From: an uncultured Nitrososphaerota archaeon
Lineage (GTDB): Archaea > Thermoproteota > Nitrososphaeria > Nitrososphaerales > Gagatemarchaeaceae
Direction: 5' to 3'
Assembly (NCBI GenBank): GCA_963718895.1
Contig: CAVRAG010000007.1
Coordinates: 512,001-576,000 of the forward strand
Length of the DNA stretch: 64,000 nt
Shown: positions 28,780-37,419 of the stretch, piece by piece
Layout of the letters: each line of letters begins with the position of its first letter
How positions within the stretch are numbered: the stretch's first letter is position 1
Program-made: the position numbers and the translations under genes
The notes under the pieces: model-generated
The model's database searches: none
What the model saw: the letters and a program-made list of their open reading frames with translations, nothing else
What the model was told of the DNA's origin: nothing

Positions 28780-29061
28780 CTGACAGCGCCGCACGGGAGG
28801 AAGAGATACCTCCTGCTCTCGAGCGATCGTCCCATAGACCCGGAGGCACAGAAGGAGTTCACGCGGATGATATTCGAGAGGTATCCCGACATGGGTAAGA
28901 ACAGGGTGGTCTGGGTGAACGGGAGCCTGATTGTGAGGACCGACCATCTTCATCTTGCGGAGATGGAACAGACTCTCGCAATGAAGGTGGGCGAGTCGGA
29001 GCTGGCCGCCAGGCGCGTCTCGGGATCAATCAGCAAGCTCAAAAGACTGGTGGAACGGTAG
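28780..29061 (+). CDS. Rpp14/Pop5-like RNase P protein, short and divergent
   Basis: Upstream in-frame extension gives RKRYLL; also LIVRTD and RVSGSISKLK; CTG start inferred. Confidence 0.6.
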   Translation: MTAPHGRKRYLLLSSDRPIDPEAQKEFTRMIFERYPDMGKNRVVWVNGSLIVRTDHLHLAEMEQTLAMKVGESELAARRVSGSISKLKRLVER

Positions 29062-29071
29062 CCGGCGCTGG

Positions 29072-29470
29072 ATGGCCAAGTACTTCACCGAAGAATACTT
29101 CAAAGAGGTCGAGCAGAAGCTCGCAACCGACCCGAAGTGGCAGCAGGACACCAAGGGGATCAAGACAACGATCCTCCTGAGTGCCCCTGACCGGAGTGCA
29201 CTCTTCCTCATCAAGGTCGAGGAGGGGACGACGACCATCTCCGAGACCGAGCCGGGCGTCAGCGTCGAGTTCTCGTTCGAGGGCAGCTACGATGTCTGGA
29301 CGAAGGTCGCTAAGGGCGAGGTCGACCTTCAGTCCGCGGTCCTGAAGGGACAGCTGAAGTTCAGAGGTTCGATAACGAAGATCCTCTTCTACAAAGACCG
29401 TTTCACAAGGATAGCCGAGGTAATCCGCTCGGTCCCCGTGGAGTTCGAGGTCGCGGGGACGAACACGTAG
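29072..29470 (+). CDS. SCP2 sterol/lipid-binding domain protein
   Basis: W..VAKGEVDLQSAVLKGQLKFRGSI. Confidence 0.85.
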   Translation: MAKYFTEEYFKEVEQKLATDPKWQQDTKGIKTTILLSAPDRSALFLIKVEEGTTTISETEPGVSVEFSFEGSYDVWTKVAKGEVDLQSAVLKGQLKFRGSITKILFYKDRFTRIAEVIRSVPVEFEVAGTNT

Positions 29471-29886
29471 TAGGGCGACCCGTCGTCGCTCCTCCGGGAC
29501 TCGAGCCTCAGCTTCATTCCCGCGTCCAGCTTCTCGAGGGTGGTCCCCTCGATCCATGCGAGGACCTTCAGGCCCTGGCCCAGACGACCGATGCCCACCA
29601 GGTAAGGGTCGTTCTCCACGAAGCTAGTCGGAGTGACTTGCACTAGGGTGAAAGTTACCAGTTCGGCATCCGTACCCAGGTCGACCCACTCGACGGCACC
29701 ACCCATACACCTCGGGCAGTCAGACTGAGGCGGGAAGCTGACCGTTCCGCAGTCCCCGCACTTCGTGGTTACGAATCTGCCGTCCTTCAGTGAGTCCCAG
29801 AACTGGTGGGTCTTGGAGATCGGGAGGTTGAATCGGAGGCTGAGGGTCCTCCTCGAATGCATCGTAGGCGGTTCTGAGTCCATCAT
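29389..29886 (-). CDS. DUF35 Zn-ribbon/OB-fold protein (thiolase partner)
   Basis: FWDSL, KCGDCG..FPPQSDCPRC, LVTFT, PY; ATGA overlap with the thiolase stop. Confidence 0.92.
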   Translation of the reverse strand: MMDSEPPTMHSRRTLSLRFNLPISKTHQFWDSLKDGRFVTTKCGDCGTVSFPPQSDCPRCMGGAVEWVDLGTDAELVTFTLVQVTPTSFVENDPYLVGIGRLGQGLKVLAWIEGTTLEKLDAGMKLRLESRRSDDGSPYYVFVPATSNSTGTERITSAILVKRSL

Positions 29887-31049
29887 CGTTGGTCCCTCGA
29901 CAAGACGGTCACGTAGCAGTAGTGCCCCGTGCCACCCACGTTGTGGACGAGCCCGTTTCCTTTCTTGATGGGGACCTGATGTCGCCCCGCCTCGCCCCTG
30001 AGCTGCTTCGATATCTCGACCATCATCGAGACCCCGGTCGCGCCCACGGGGTGCCCCTTCGCCTTGAGGCCGCCGTCGACGTTGACCGGTATCGTTCCCC
30101 CGATCTCGGTCTGACCATCCCTCAAAAGCTTCGGGCCCTCGCCCTTGGCGCAAAATCCGAGGTCCTCGTAGGCCATCAGCTCGGCTATCGTGAAGCAGTC
30201 ATGACAGGTCGCGACGTCCAGGTCGGTAGGTGCGATCTTCGCCCGCGAGTAGGCCTTGCGCGACGCGTCCACGGTGGCAGCGAGTCCGACGTAGTCGTCC
30301 CTCTTGCTGAGGTTCGCCGAGTCCGACGAGACCCCCATCCCCTTGATCCAGACAGGGGTGTCGGAGAGCTTGCGCGCAACGTCCTCGCTAGCGAGGACGA
30401 CAGCAGCCGACCCGTCGGTTATGGGGCAGGCGTCGTAGAGCTTGAGGGGCCAGGAGACGACCTGGGAAGAGAGCGCCTTCTCGAGGGTTATCTCCTTCTG
30501 GAACTGGGCGAGGGGGTTCATCGACGCGTAGTGGTGCGCTTTCACGGCGACCCTCGCCATGTCTTCCTCGGTCGTCCCGAACCTCTTCATGTGGGCGACC
30601 GCGAAGAGGGCGTAGTACGCCGGGAACGTCATCCCGAAGTTCTCAAATTCCCAGAGATAGGAGCCCGCCCGTCCCATCAGCTCGACGGAGGTCAGGGTGT
30701 CCACCTCGGTCATCTTCTCGAGCCCCACCGCGAGCGCGATCTCTGCTTCGCCGCTCGCTATGCTCAGGTAGGCGGACCGGACGGCGGCGCTCCCGCTGGC
30801 GCACGCGGCCTCAACCCTCATAGTTCCAACCTTCTCGAAGCCCGCGTACTCGTTGACTATCACGGCAGGGAGCGACTCCTCATACCAGCCGCCCGCGCTC
30901 CCCACCGTCACGTTCTCAATCTGCTTCTTCTCAACACCTGCGTCCTGCACGGCCTGCTTGATCGACTCGAAGGCGAGCTCTCCAAGGTTGACGTCGGTCC
31001 TCCTCCCGAACTTCGAGTGGCCTATCCCGACGACGGCTACCTGCCTCAA
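29883..31049 (-). CDS. Thiolase (SCP-x/archaeal type)
   Basis: VEAACASG, CPITDG, HDCFTIAE, VNVDGGLKAKGHPVGATG, HNVGG. Confidence 0.95.
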   Translation of the reverse strand: MRQVAVVGIGHSKFGRRTDVNLGELAFESIKQAVQDAGVEKKQIENVTVGSAGGWYEESLPAVIVNEYAGFEKVGTMRVEAACASGSAAVRSAYLSIASGEAEIALAVGLEKMTEVDTLTSVELMGRAGSYLWEFENFGMTFPAYYALFAVAHMKRFGTTEEDMARVAVKAHHYASMNPLAQFQKEITLEKALSSQVVSWPLKLYDACPITDGSAAVVLASEDVARKLSDTPVWIKGMGVSSDSANLSKRDDYVGLAATVDASRKAYSRAKIAPTDLDVATCHDCFTIAELMAYEDLGFCAKGEGPKLLRDGQTEIGGTIPVNVDGGLKAKGHPVGATGVSMMVEISKQLRGEAGRHQVPIKKGNGLVHNVGGTGHYCYVTVLSRDQR

Positions 31050-31058
31050 CCCTGACCC

Positions 31059-32213
31059 CTAATCCTCGATCAGCTCCCTCGCGATTATCCATTTCTGCAC
31101 CTCCGAGGCGCCCTCGATGATGTCCAAGACCTTGGCGTCCCTCAGGTACCTCTCTATGGGCAACTGCTTGCTCAGGCCGATTCCCCCGTGAATTTGGATG
31201 GCGCGCTCGCTCGCCCAGACCGCCGTCTCCGTAGCGAAGAGCTTCGCCATCGACGCCTCCTTGATGAAGTCGCCCCCCTTATCGCTGACGTAGGCGGCGT
31301 GGTAGGTCAGGAGCTTCGCGGCCTCTATCCTGGTCGCCATTTCCGCGATGAGGAATCGAATCGCCTCCAGCTTGCTTAGTGGCCTGTTGAAGAGCGCCCT
31401 CTTCTTGGAGTACGAGACGCTCGCCTCCAAGGCAGCCTCGGCGACCCCGAGAGCACCCGCCGCGGCTCCGACTCTGCCCTGGTTCAGGACAGCCATGGCG
31501 ATCAGGAACCCGTCGCCCGGGGAGCCGAGCATGTTCGTCGCGGGCACCACGCAGTCGCTGAAGACAAGCTCCGCCGTTCCTGTGCCTCGCGCGCCGACCA
31601 CCTCGAGCTTGCCTCCGACATCGAAGCCCTCGGTCCCCTTCTCGACTATGAAGGCGCTCATCCCGGCGGCCTTGTCTTCGACCGTACCGGTCCTCGTGAA
31701 GATGACGCCGACATCTGCGTAGAACGCCTGTGAAATCCAGATCTTCGACCCGTTGATCCGGTAGGAATCGCCCACCTTCTCGGCCCTCGTCTGAATGTTG
31801 GCAGCGTCCGAGCCTGCGCCCGGCTCGGTCAGGCCGTAGCACCCGACGGTCTCACCTCGGACCAGCCTGGGAAGGAACTTTTCCTTCTGTTCCGGGGTTC
31901 CGAAGTGAGCGATGGGGTACCCTACAAGTCCGTTCTGGACACCGATCAGGAGACCCGCGGAGAGGCTGACCTTCGCTATCTCCTCTCCAACGACTACGGA
32001 GCTAATCAGGTCGAGGCCCAGCCCCCCGTACTCCACAGGTGCGTTTATCCCTAGCAGCCCGTACTCGCCCATCTTCCTAAGGAGCTCCCTGGGATACTGG
32101 TCGTTCCTGTCCATCCCTTCAGCGAGCGGCGCAATCTCTCGGGCAGCGAAATCCCTGGCCCACTTCCTCAGCTCCTCATGCTCCGGCTTGAGGAGAATCT
32201 CCAGAGAAGTCAT
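31059..32213 (-). CDS. Acyl-CoA dehydrogenase
   Basis: GLTEPGAGSD, NGSKIWIS, QIHGG, IIEGASEVQ. Confidence 0.96.
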   Translation of the reverse strand: MTSLEILLKPEHEELRKWARDFAAREIAPLAEGMDRNDQYPRELLRKMGEYGLLGINAPVEYGGLGLDLISSVVVGEEIAKVSLSAGLLIGVQNGLVGYPIAHFGTPEQKEKFLPRLVRGETVGCYGLTEPGAGSDAANIQTRAEKVGDSYRINGSKIWISQAFYADVGVIFTRTGTVEDKAAGMSAFIVEKGTEGFDVGGKLEVVGARGTGTAELVFSDCVVPATNMLGSPGDGFLIAMAVLNQGRVGAAAGALGVAEAALEASVSYSKKRALFNRPLSKLEAIRFLIAEMATRIEAAKLLTYHAAYVSDKGGDFIKEASMAKLFATETAVWASERAIQIHGGIGLSKQLPIERYLRDAKVLDIIEGASEVQKWIIARELIED

Positions 32214-32301
32214 GTTTCGAAAAAACCCGCGAATGAGTCTATTTATCAGTTAGGTTCTCGACGAGGGAGTTCGACAGCCCGGTCGAGGGCAGGAAACCCC
32301 T

Positions 32302-34278
32302 TCACTCGCCCTTGAACTCGGGCTCTTTCTTGGACAGGAAGGAGGCGATCCCCTCGGAGGCGTCCTCCGTGGAGAGCAGCATCGCGAACCCTCCGGCCTC
32401 GAAGGACTGGCCGACGTCAGGGGGAGACTGCGTCGCGACGTTCAACGCGTGCTTGGAGAACTTGAGCGAAAGCGGCGCCCGCTTCGCAAGACGGCTCGCA
32501 AACTCCTCGACGCCTGAGCGAAACTCTGCGTTTGCGAAGACTCTGTCCACAAGCCCGGCCCCGAGCGCCTCGCCCGAAGAGAGCCTGCTCCCGAAGTAGA
32601 TCATCTCTCTCGCCTTGGCCAACCCGACGAGCTTCAGGAGCCTCTGCGTCCCCCCGGCGCCGGGGATTATGCCGAGGTCCGTCTCGGTCAGGCCAATCTG
32701 ACTCGAGTCGGACGCGAGCCTGAAGTCACAGGCGAGGGCAAGCTCGCACCCCCCGCCGAAGGCGAACCCGTTTATCGCCGCGATCACCGGCTTGGGCATC
32801 CTCTCGAACGTGGTGAACACCTCGTACATCCTCCTCGAAGCATCGAACGCCTTCACAGGTGAGCTGAACCCGAAACTGGTAAGGTCTGCCCCGGCGCTGA
32901 AGGCCCTCCCTCCCTCACCCGTCAGGATGACGACCCTTATCGACCTATCCGAGGCGACCTCCTTTGCAGCCGCTTCCAGCTCCTCTGTCATCTTTGGGGT
33001 TATGGTGTTGAGCCTGTGCGGCCTGTTCAGCGAAATCCAGGCAAGAGGGGGAACCTTCCTGAGGATGAGCTCCTCCAGCGTCCTCGTGCTGGAGGAGTAC
33101 TCGTAGAACCCCTTGCCTGAAGCCACGCCCAGGGACCCATTCTTGACCATCTCTTCCAGGAGGGGATCAGGCGTATACTCGGACCCGTAGCGGGTCTGCT
33201 TCTCCTTCAGGACCGCCACAATCCTGTCGAGTCCCCACCTGTCCGCCATCTGGAGCAATCCGTCGGGGAAGCCCAGCCCGAGCTTGACCGAGACGTCAAG
33301 GTCCTCCTTTGAGCAGACCTGGTTCCTGAGCAGCCAGGCCGCAGCGTTCACGGCCGCACTGAAGAATAGGAGCGGGTCAGTGCTCTCCCCCGTCTCCTTG
33401 CTTAACCGAGGCCTGTCGCCCGCGGCCCCATAGACGTAGAAGCCCTCGCCTGACTTCTTCCCAAGCTTCCCTTGCTTGAACTTCTCGCTGAAGAGGGGAG
33501 CTGTGTCAAGTGCCGAAGGCTCCCGAGACTTCACTGCCACTGCAGCTTTGCAGATCACATCGATGCCTGTGTAGTCGGCCAGCTCGAAGAGGCCCATTGG
33601 AAGGCCGACCTTATGGACGGTTGCCGAGTCCACCTGCTCGATCGAGGCCTGACCCCGGTCAACCATCCATGCAGCTTCATTCAGCAGGGGCCCCAGAATC
33701 CTATTGACGATAAAACCCGGGACGTCCTTCTTGCACAGGACGACCTGTTTCCCCAGAGCCTTCGAGAACGAGATTGCGGCATCGACTGTCTTCTCGTCGG
33801 TCAGGTCCCCCCGGATCACCTCGACCAGGGGCATCAAGACGGGCGGATTGAAGAAGTGCATCCCTACGACACTCTCCGGCCTCGAGGTCGCCGCGGCTAT
33901 TTCGGTGATCGGTATCGTGCTCGTGTTCGACGCGAATATGGCGCGCTTGTTCTCTCGGTCGATTTCCTGGAAGACCTTGGTCTTGACCGAGAGCTCCTCG
34001 GGGACGGCCTCAATGATCAGGTCGAGGGGAGCCATGGAGCGCAGGTCGAGCGTTGTGTGGATCCGACCGAGCACCTCTTGGCTCTTTCCCGGGGCGAGCA
34101 CGCCCTTCTCCTCCAGCTTCGAGACGCTCCAACGGATCTTGTCGAGCCCTGCGTCCAAGAAGTCCTGCTGGACGTCAAAGATGGTGACCTCGAAACCTGC
34201 GAGAGCCGCGGCCTCGGATATCCCGTGGCCCATGGTGCCAGCGCCCAGCACTCCGACACTCCGAATCTGAGTTACCAA
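32302..34278 (-). CDS. Bifunctional 3-hydroxyacyl-CoA dehydrogenase / enoyl-CoA hydratase
   Basis: GAGTMG, EAVPE, SNTST, GMHFFNP, then LNRP, FSAGAD, FGGGCELALACD. Confidence 0.95.
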   Translation of the reverse strand: MVTQIRSVGVLGAGTMGHGISEAAALAGFEVTIFDVQQDFLDAGLDKIRWSVSKLEEKGVLAPGKSQEVLGRIHTTLDLRSMAPLDLIIEAVPEELSVKTKVFQEIDRENKRAIFASNTSTIPITEIAAATSRPESVVGMHFFNPPVLMPLVEVIRGDLTDEKTVDAAISFSKALGKQVVLCKKDVPGFIVNRILGPLLNEAAWMVDRGQASIEQVDSATVHKVGLPMGLFELADYTGIDVICKAAVAVKSREPSALDTAPLFSEKFKQGKLGKKSGEGFYVYGAAGDRPRLSKETGESTDPLLFFSAAVNAAAWLLRNQVCSKEDLDVSVKLGLGFPDGLLQMADRWGLDRIVAVLKEKQTRYGSEYTPDPLLEEMVKNGSLGVASGKGFYEYSSSTRTLEELILRKVPPLAWISLNRPHRLNTITPKMTEELEAAAKEVASDRSIRVVILTGEGGRAFSAGADLTSFGFSSPVKAFDASRRMYEVFTTFERMPKPVIAAINGFAFGGGCELALACDFRLASDSSQIGLTETDLGIIPGAGGTQRLLKLVGLAKAREMIYFGSRLSSGEALGAGLVDRVFANAEFRSGVEEFASRLAKRAPLSLKFSKHALNVATQSPPDVGQSFEAGGFAMLLSTEDASEGIASFLSKKEPEFKGE

Positions 34279-34400
34279 TGTCCTTTCCAACGGGTTCCCT
34301 GTCCGCGGGGTTTGTAAACATGATGCGCCCTCACTGACTGGTGACCGGTCCCCGGCGATGAGCAGGTGATCAGAGCTTCAATGCCGACCGGGTGCCCCCG

Positions 34401-35540
34401 TCACGCCACGGCGCCGGCCCTGCGTAGACGCTCTATCTGTTGAGGTCCGTAGCCGAGCCGGCGCAGGACAGGATTCGTGTGCTCCCCTAGCGAAGGCGAG
34501 CCTCTCTCGGTCCCTGCGGAGGCGAAGCGGAGAGGCTGGTTCACCACCGGCGTGCCGCCCAGCTTCGTCACGGCCCCGGTCTCCCTAGCCCACTCCGAGT
34601 CCAGCGCCTCGCCGATGTTCAGAACGGGCGTGACGCAGGTCTCCACCCCCATCAGGAGTTCCGACCAGACCTCCTGGGTCCTGGAAGCAAAGACCCTCCT
34701 CATCTCCCTTGCCAGCCTAGACCGGTCGCGCTCTGTCCCGTCTCGCAGGTGTGCGAGGCGAGAGAGACCGAGAGCGCGCATCAGGTTCTCCCAGAAGCGG
34801 GGCTCGACGGCAGCGACCGCCAGATACTTCCGGTCGGCCGTCTGATAGATTCTGTAGTAGGGCTCGGAGCCGAAGACCATTCCCTTCCCGCGCAGAGCGG
34901 ACTCCCCCGTCGCGAAGTACGACGAGGCAGGGAGGATGAGCAGCGACATCAGCGACTGGACCATGGGCACGTCGATGTACTCCGCCCTCCTGTCCCTACC
35001 CTTCTGGAGGACCGCCAGAATCCCCAGCGCCGCGTACATCCCCGAAACATAGTCCCCAAGTTGAACGAACGGGACCTCGGGCCTTCTCGCCGAGCCCAGC
35101 AGTCCGCTCATGGCCTCGATGTTCAGGTCGTGGGCGGGCATGGAGCTCAGAGGGGACGTGTGGCCGAAGGACGAGATGGAACAGTAGACGATCCTCCTAT
35201 TGAGCTTCCTCACCTCTTCAAAGGAGAAGCCCAGCCTCTCCGCGGCCCCGGGCCGAAAGCCCTCCAAGAAGACGTCGGAGCGCCTGATGAGCCTCCGGAG
35301 GACCTCCTTGCCTTCCTTCTTCTTCAGGTCGATCCCGACGCTCAGTTTACCACTGTTCACCACGGTGTTGGCGAGACTGGAGCCGTCGACGAGGGGTGGT
35401 AGGTCGCGCATGTAGTCACCGAGTCCGGGCTCTTCGACTTTCACGACCTCGGCTCCGTAGGAAGAGAGCAGATGAGTGCAGAATCCGCCCGGAAGGAGCC
35501 GGGTTATGTCGAGGACTTTGATTCCCTTCAGGGGAAGCAT
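34401..35540 (-). CDS. CaiB/BaiF family III CoA-transferase / alpha-methylacyl-CoA racemase-like
   Basis: LLPGGF, GAEVVKVE, EGFRPG, AHDLN, GDYVSG. Confidence 0.9.
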   Translation of the reverse strand: MLPLKGIKVLDITRLLPGGFCTHLLSSYGAEVVKVEEPGLGDYMRDLPPLVDGSSLANTVVNSGKLSVGIDLKKKEGKEVLRRLIRRSDVFLEGFRPGAAERLGFSFEEVRKLNRRIVYCSISSFGHTSPLSSMPAHDLNIEAMSGLLGSARRPEVPFVQLGDYVSGMYAALGILAVLQKGRDRRAEYIDVPMVQSLMSLLILPASSYFATGESALRGKGMVFGSEPYYRIYQTADRKYLAVAAVEPRFWENLMRALGLSRLAHLRDGTERDRSRLAREMRRVFASRTQEVWSELLMGVETCVTPVLNIGEALDSEWARETGAVTKLGGTPVVNQPLRFASAGTERGSPSLGEHTNPVLRRLGYGPQQIERLRRAGAVA

Positions 35541-35594
35541 GGCGGGGGGGCCGCTGCGCCGCGCATAAAACCTAAAAGAAGCGAATAAGCGGTC

Positions 35595-35687
35595 TCAGAA
35601 GACGATGAGGTTTACGCCGTCCCAGTCTGATCCCGGGATAGCTCCATGGGAAAATGATGAACTCGCGACGATACTGAGTCGTTCTGA
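35595..35687 (+). ncRNA. Box C/D guide sRNA (predicted 23S rRNA 2'-O-methylation guide)
   Basis: C ACGATGA 35602-35608, D' CTGA 35627-35630, TCCC/GGGA spacer stem, C' ATGATGA 35654-35660, D CTGA 35674-35677, terminal complementarity TCAGAAGAC/GTC(G)TTCTGA; D' guide complements the conserved 23S P-loop; AT-rich promoter-like tract at 35565-35578. Confidence 0.85.
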
Positions 35688-36897
35688 TAACTCCGGAGGG
35701 AGGCTCGTGTCTCCCTCCGAGTTAGCTTCGAGGCATCGACTCTAAGGATTAGGGGCTCTCCCACACTAGCCACATTCCCCTTCATTGCTTCAACTGCCCC
35801 GCCTTTCGCCTCCTCAGGCAGGGAACGGTCGAACGTCAACCGCCCCCTCCGAGCTTGATTCACTGCCGCCACCACATCTCGGTCCCTCCATCTCTTGCAT
35901 CCAGGACACCACAGCCGTCTGTGTCTCTCTCTGCTATCTTGGAGTCTCTCCCCGCATCGATAGCAAGTTGTTGACGTACCCCTTGTCTCCCCCTTGGTCA
36001 GGTGGATAATGGGCACTCCATCCCATGCAGCCTTGTATTCTATCTGCCTCTGCGCTTCGCGAAAGGTCCATGAATTCATTCTGCGCCTGTGTGTCACCCC
36101 TTGCCGATTGCCACGTCTGTACAGCGCCCGAATACCGGTGATATTTTCCAGAACGATGGCCTCTCCATTGGCATGTGCCTCATTGACTATGAATCTGGTC
36201 GCACAATGGAGGAGGTGGTTGATTCTGTTCCTTCTGCGAGTACCGTACTTGGAGGCAATTGCCTTCAACACTCGCGGTCGTTCCGCTTGAACGATCCGAC
36301 TACTTCCCCAGTTGTTTCTGCTATCTCCACCGCCTTTCCAAGATCAAGATGGACAACCCTCTCTCCATTGCCGTAGGTTAGGTTGCGCAGATTTCTATCC
36401 AGGCCTGATGTGGTCTTGAAGTCCATCGGTTCCACAACTTTCGAGAAAGTTATGCTTACTGCGTGCTCCGTAAGCGTGAAAGATCGAATCCTCGAATCTA
36501 GGCTTGACAGCATTTCTTGAGTGTGAGCATCGAGTTCGATGACATATCGTTCCCTTTTTCGAATCGGTATCTTCAGCATTCCATTCTCTACGGAGAAACC
36601 GTAACAAGACGTGACCATCAGCCTAAGAGCGTAAGGGTCTCTTGTCCTAATGCCTCTCCTAATCGACTTCTTCCTCGATGACAGTATTCCAGCAGCTCTT
36701 GATATCGCACAGAGCTTGTAATAGGATAGGCAGTCATATCGCCCAAGGGCTTTGTAGCTCAGCCTAGAGAGTCTCCTAAGGGTAGAAGCATCGTTAGCAA
36801 GTCCAATTCTGATGCAGTCGTTGGTCATGCACCTGAACGTCTCGAGCAAAGGAAGGAGTTCTTTCGGTAGATCGCATCGTTGTTTGACCGATTTCAT
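35612..36897 (-). CDS. tnpB: RNA-guided endonuclease TnpB; frameshift near 36273
   Basis: RuvC-I GLDRN, RuvC-II IVLENI, QIEYKA, Zn finger CYRCG..CPGC, RuvC-III DRDVVAAVN; split over ORFs 36265-37092 and 35612-36271. An in-frame ATG also exists at 37074. Confidence 0.92.
35669..35680 (+). repeat. 12-bp direct repeat, copy 1 (CGATACTGAGTC)
   Basis: Identical to 37139-37150; contains the sRNA D box. Confidence 0.95.
35681..35855 (-). ncRNA. Predicted TnpB omegaRNA/reRNA scaffold overlapping the tnpB 3' end
   Basis: Hairpin GGGCGGTTGA-CGT-TCGACCGTTC, pairing GGGGCA/TGCCTC, terminal hairpin AACTC-GGAGGGAG/CTCCCTCC-G-GAGTT ending ...ATCAGAAC; position typical of omegaRNA; boundaries inferred. Confidence 0.6.
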
Positions 36898-37138
36898 TGC
36901 CACCAAAGGCAGAGAACACTTGACTTTCGAATCGGCGGGTGCAGATGAGGACCTGTGCTCTCCTCTAATCGGTGGGTCGCACGAGCCGCCTGCAAGAGTT
37001 GGAAAGGAGGTAGGCTCTGGGAGTCGCTTGCCCGTTTCGGAGCACCGAGTCCTTGGCTCGCGGGCGTCGTTCATGGATAGTGATAATTGCAATCAATAAA
37101 AGGACAGCGGAGTCGATTTTGATCTGCGACTCGCTTTT
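35681..37138 (-). mobile_element. TnpB-only IS200/IS605-like element flanked by a 12-bp direct repeat
   Basis: Visibly lower GC; tnpB; subterminal hairpins at 35689-35723 and 37106-37135; CGATACTGAGTC on both sides; no tnpA. Confidence 0.75.
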
Positions 37139-37150
37139 CGATACTGAGTC
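37139..37150 (+). repeat. 12-bp direct repeat, copy 2 (CGATACTGAGTC)
   Basis: Identical to 35669-35680; ACTCGC also recurs upstream of both copies, 2 nt versus 4 nt away. Confidence 0.95.
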
Positions 37151-37187
37151 AATAAAGTATTCAAGAGGCCCCTGGGAAACACCAGGG

Positions 37188-37376
37188 ATGCTCGTAATCA
37201 AAAGTGTGAAGGTCCACGGCGATACCCACAAGGTCCTCAAGCTGATCAAGGAACAGAGGCGGGCCAAGAGCATGGACGAGGTCGTCAGGGACCTGGTCAG
37301 GGGTGCCACGGGCAAGAGCGTCGAGCAGTTCGCGTCGCAGAAGAAGAACTCGAAGCTCACGTCCTTCATAGAGTAG
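37188..37376 (+). CDS. Small ribbon-helix-helix / antitoxin-like DNA-binding protein
   Basis: KSVKVHGDTHKVLKLIKEQRRAKSMDEVVRDL beta-alpha-alpha pattern; ATG 37188. Confidence 0.7.
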   Translation: MLVIKSVKVHGDTHKVLKLIKEQRRAKSMDEVVRDLVRGATGKSVEQFASQKKNSKLTSFIE

Positions 37377-37419
37377 CGACGCAAGACAGAAATATCAAGT
37401 TGGGAGAGTGTCCAACTCG

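Noticed and set aside
29889-31055. Long antisense ORFs (also 12212-13255, 48550-49575 and others)
   Set aside because: Shadow ORFs caused by high GC3 bias opposite well-supported genes; no motifs.
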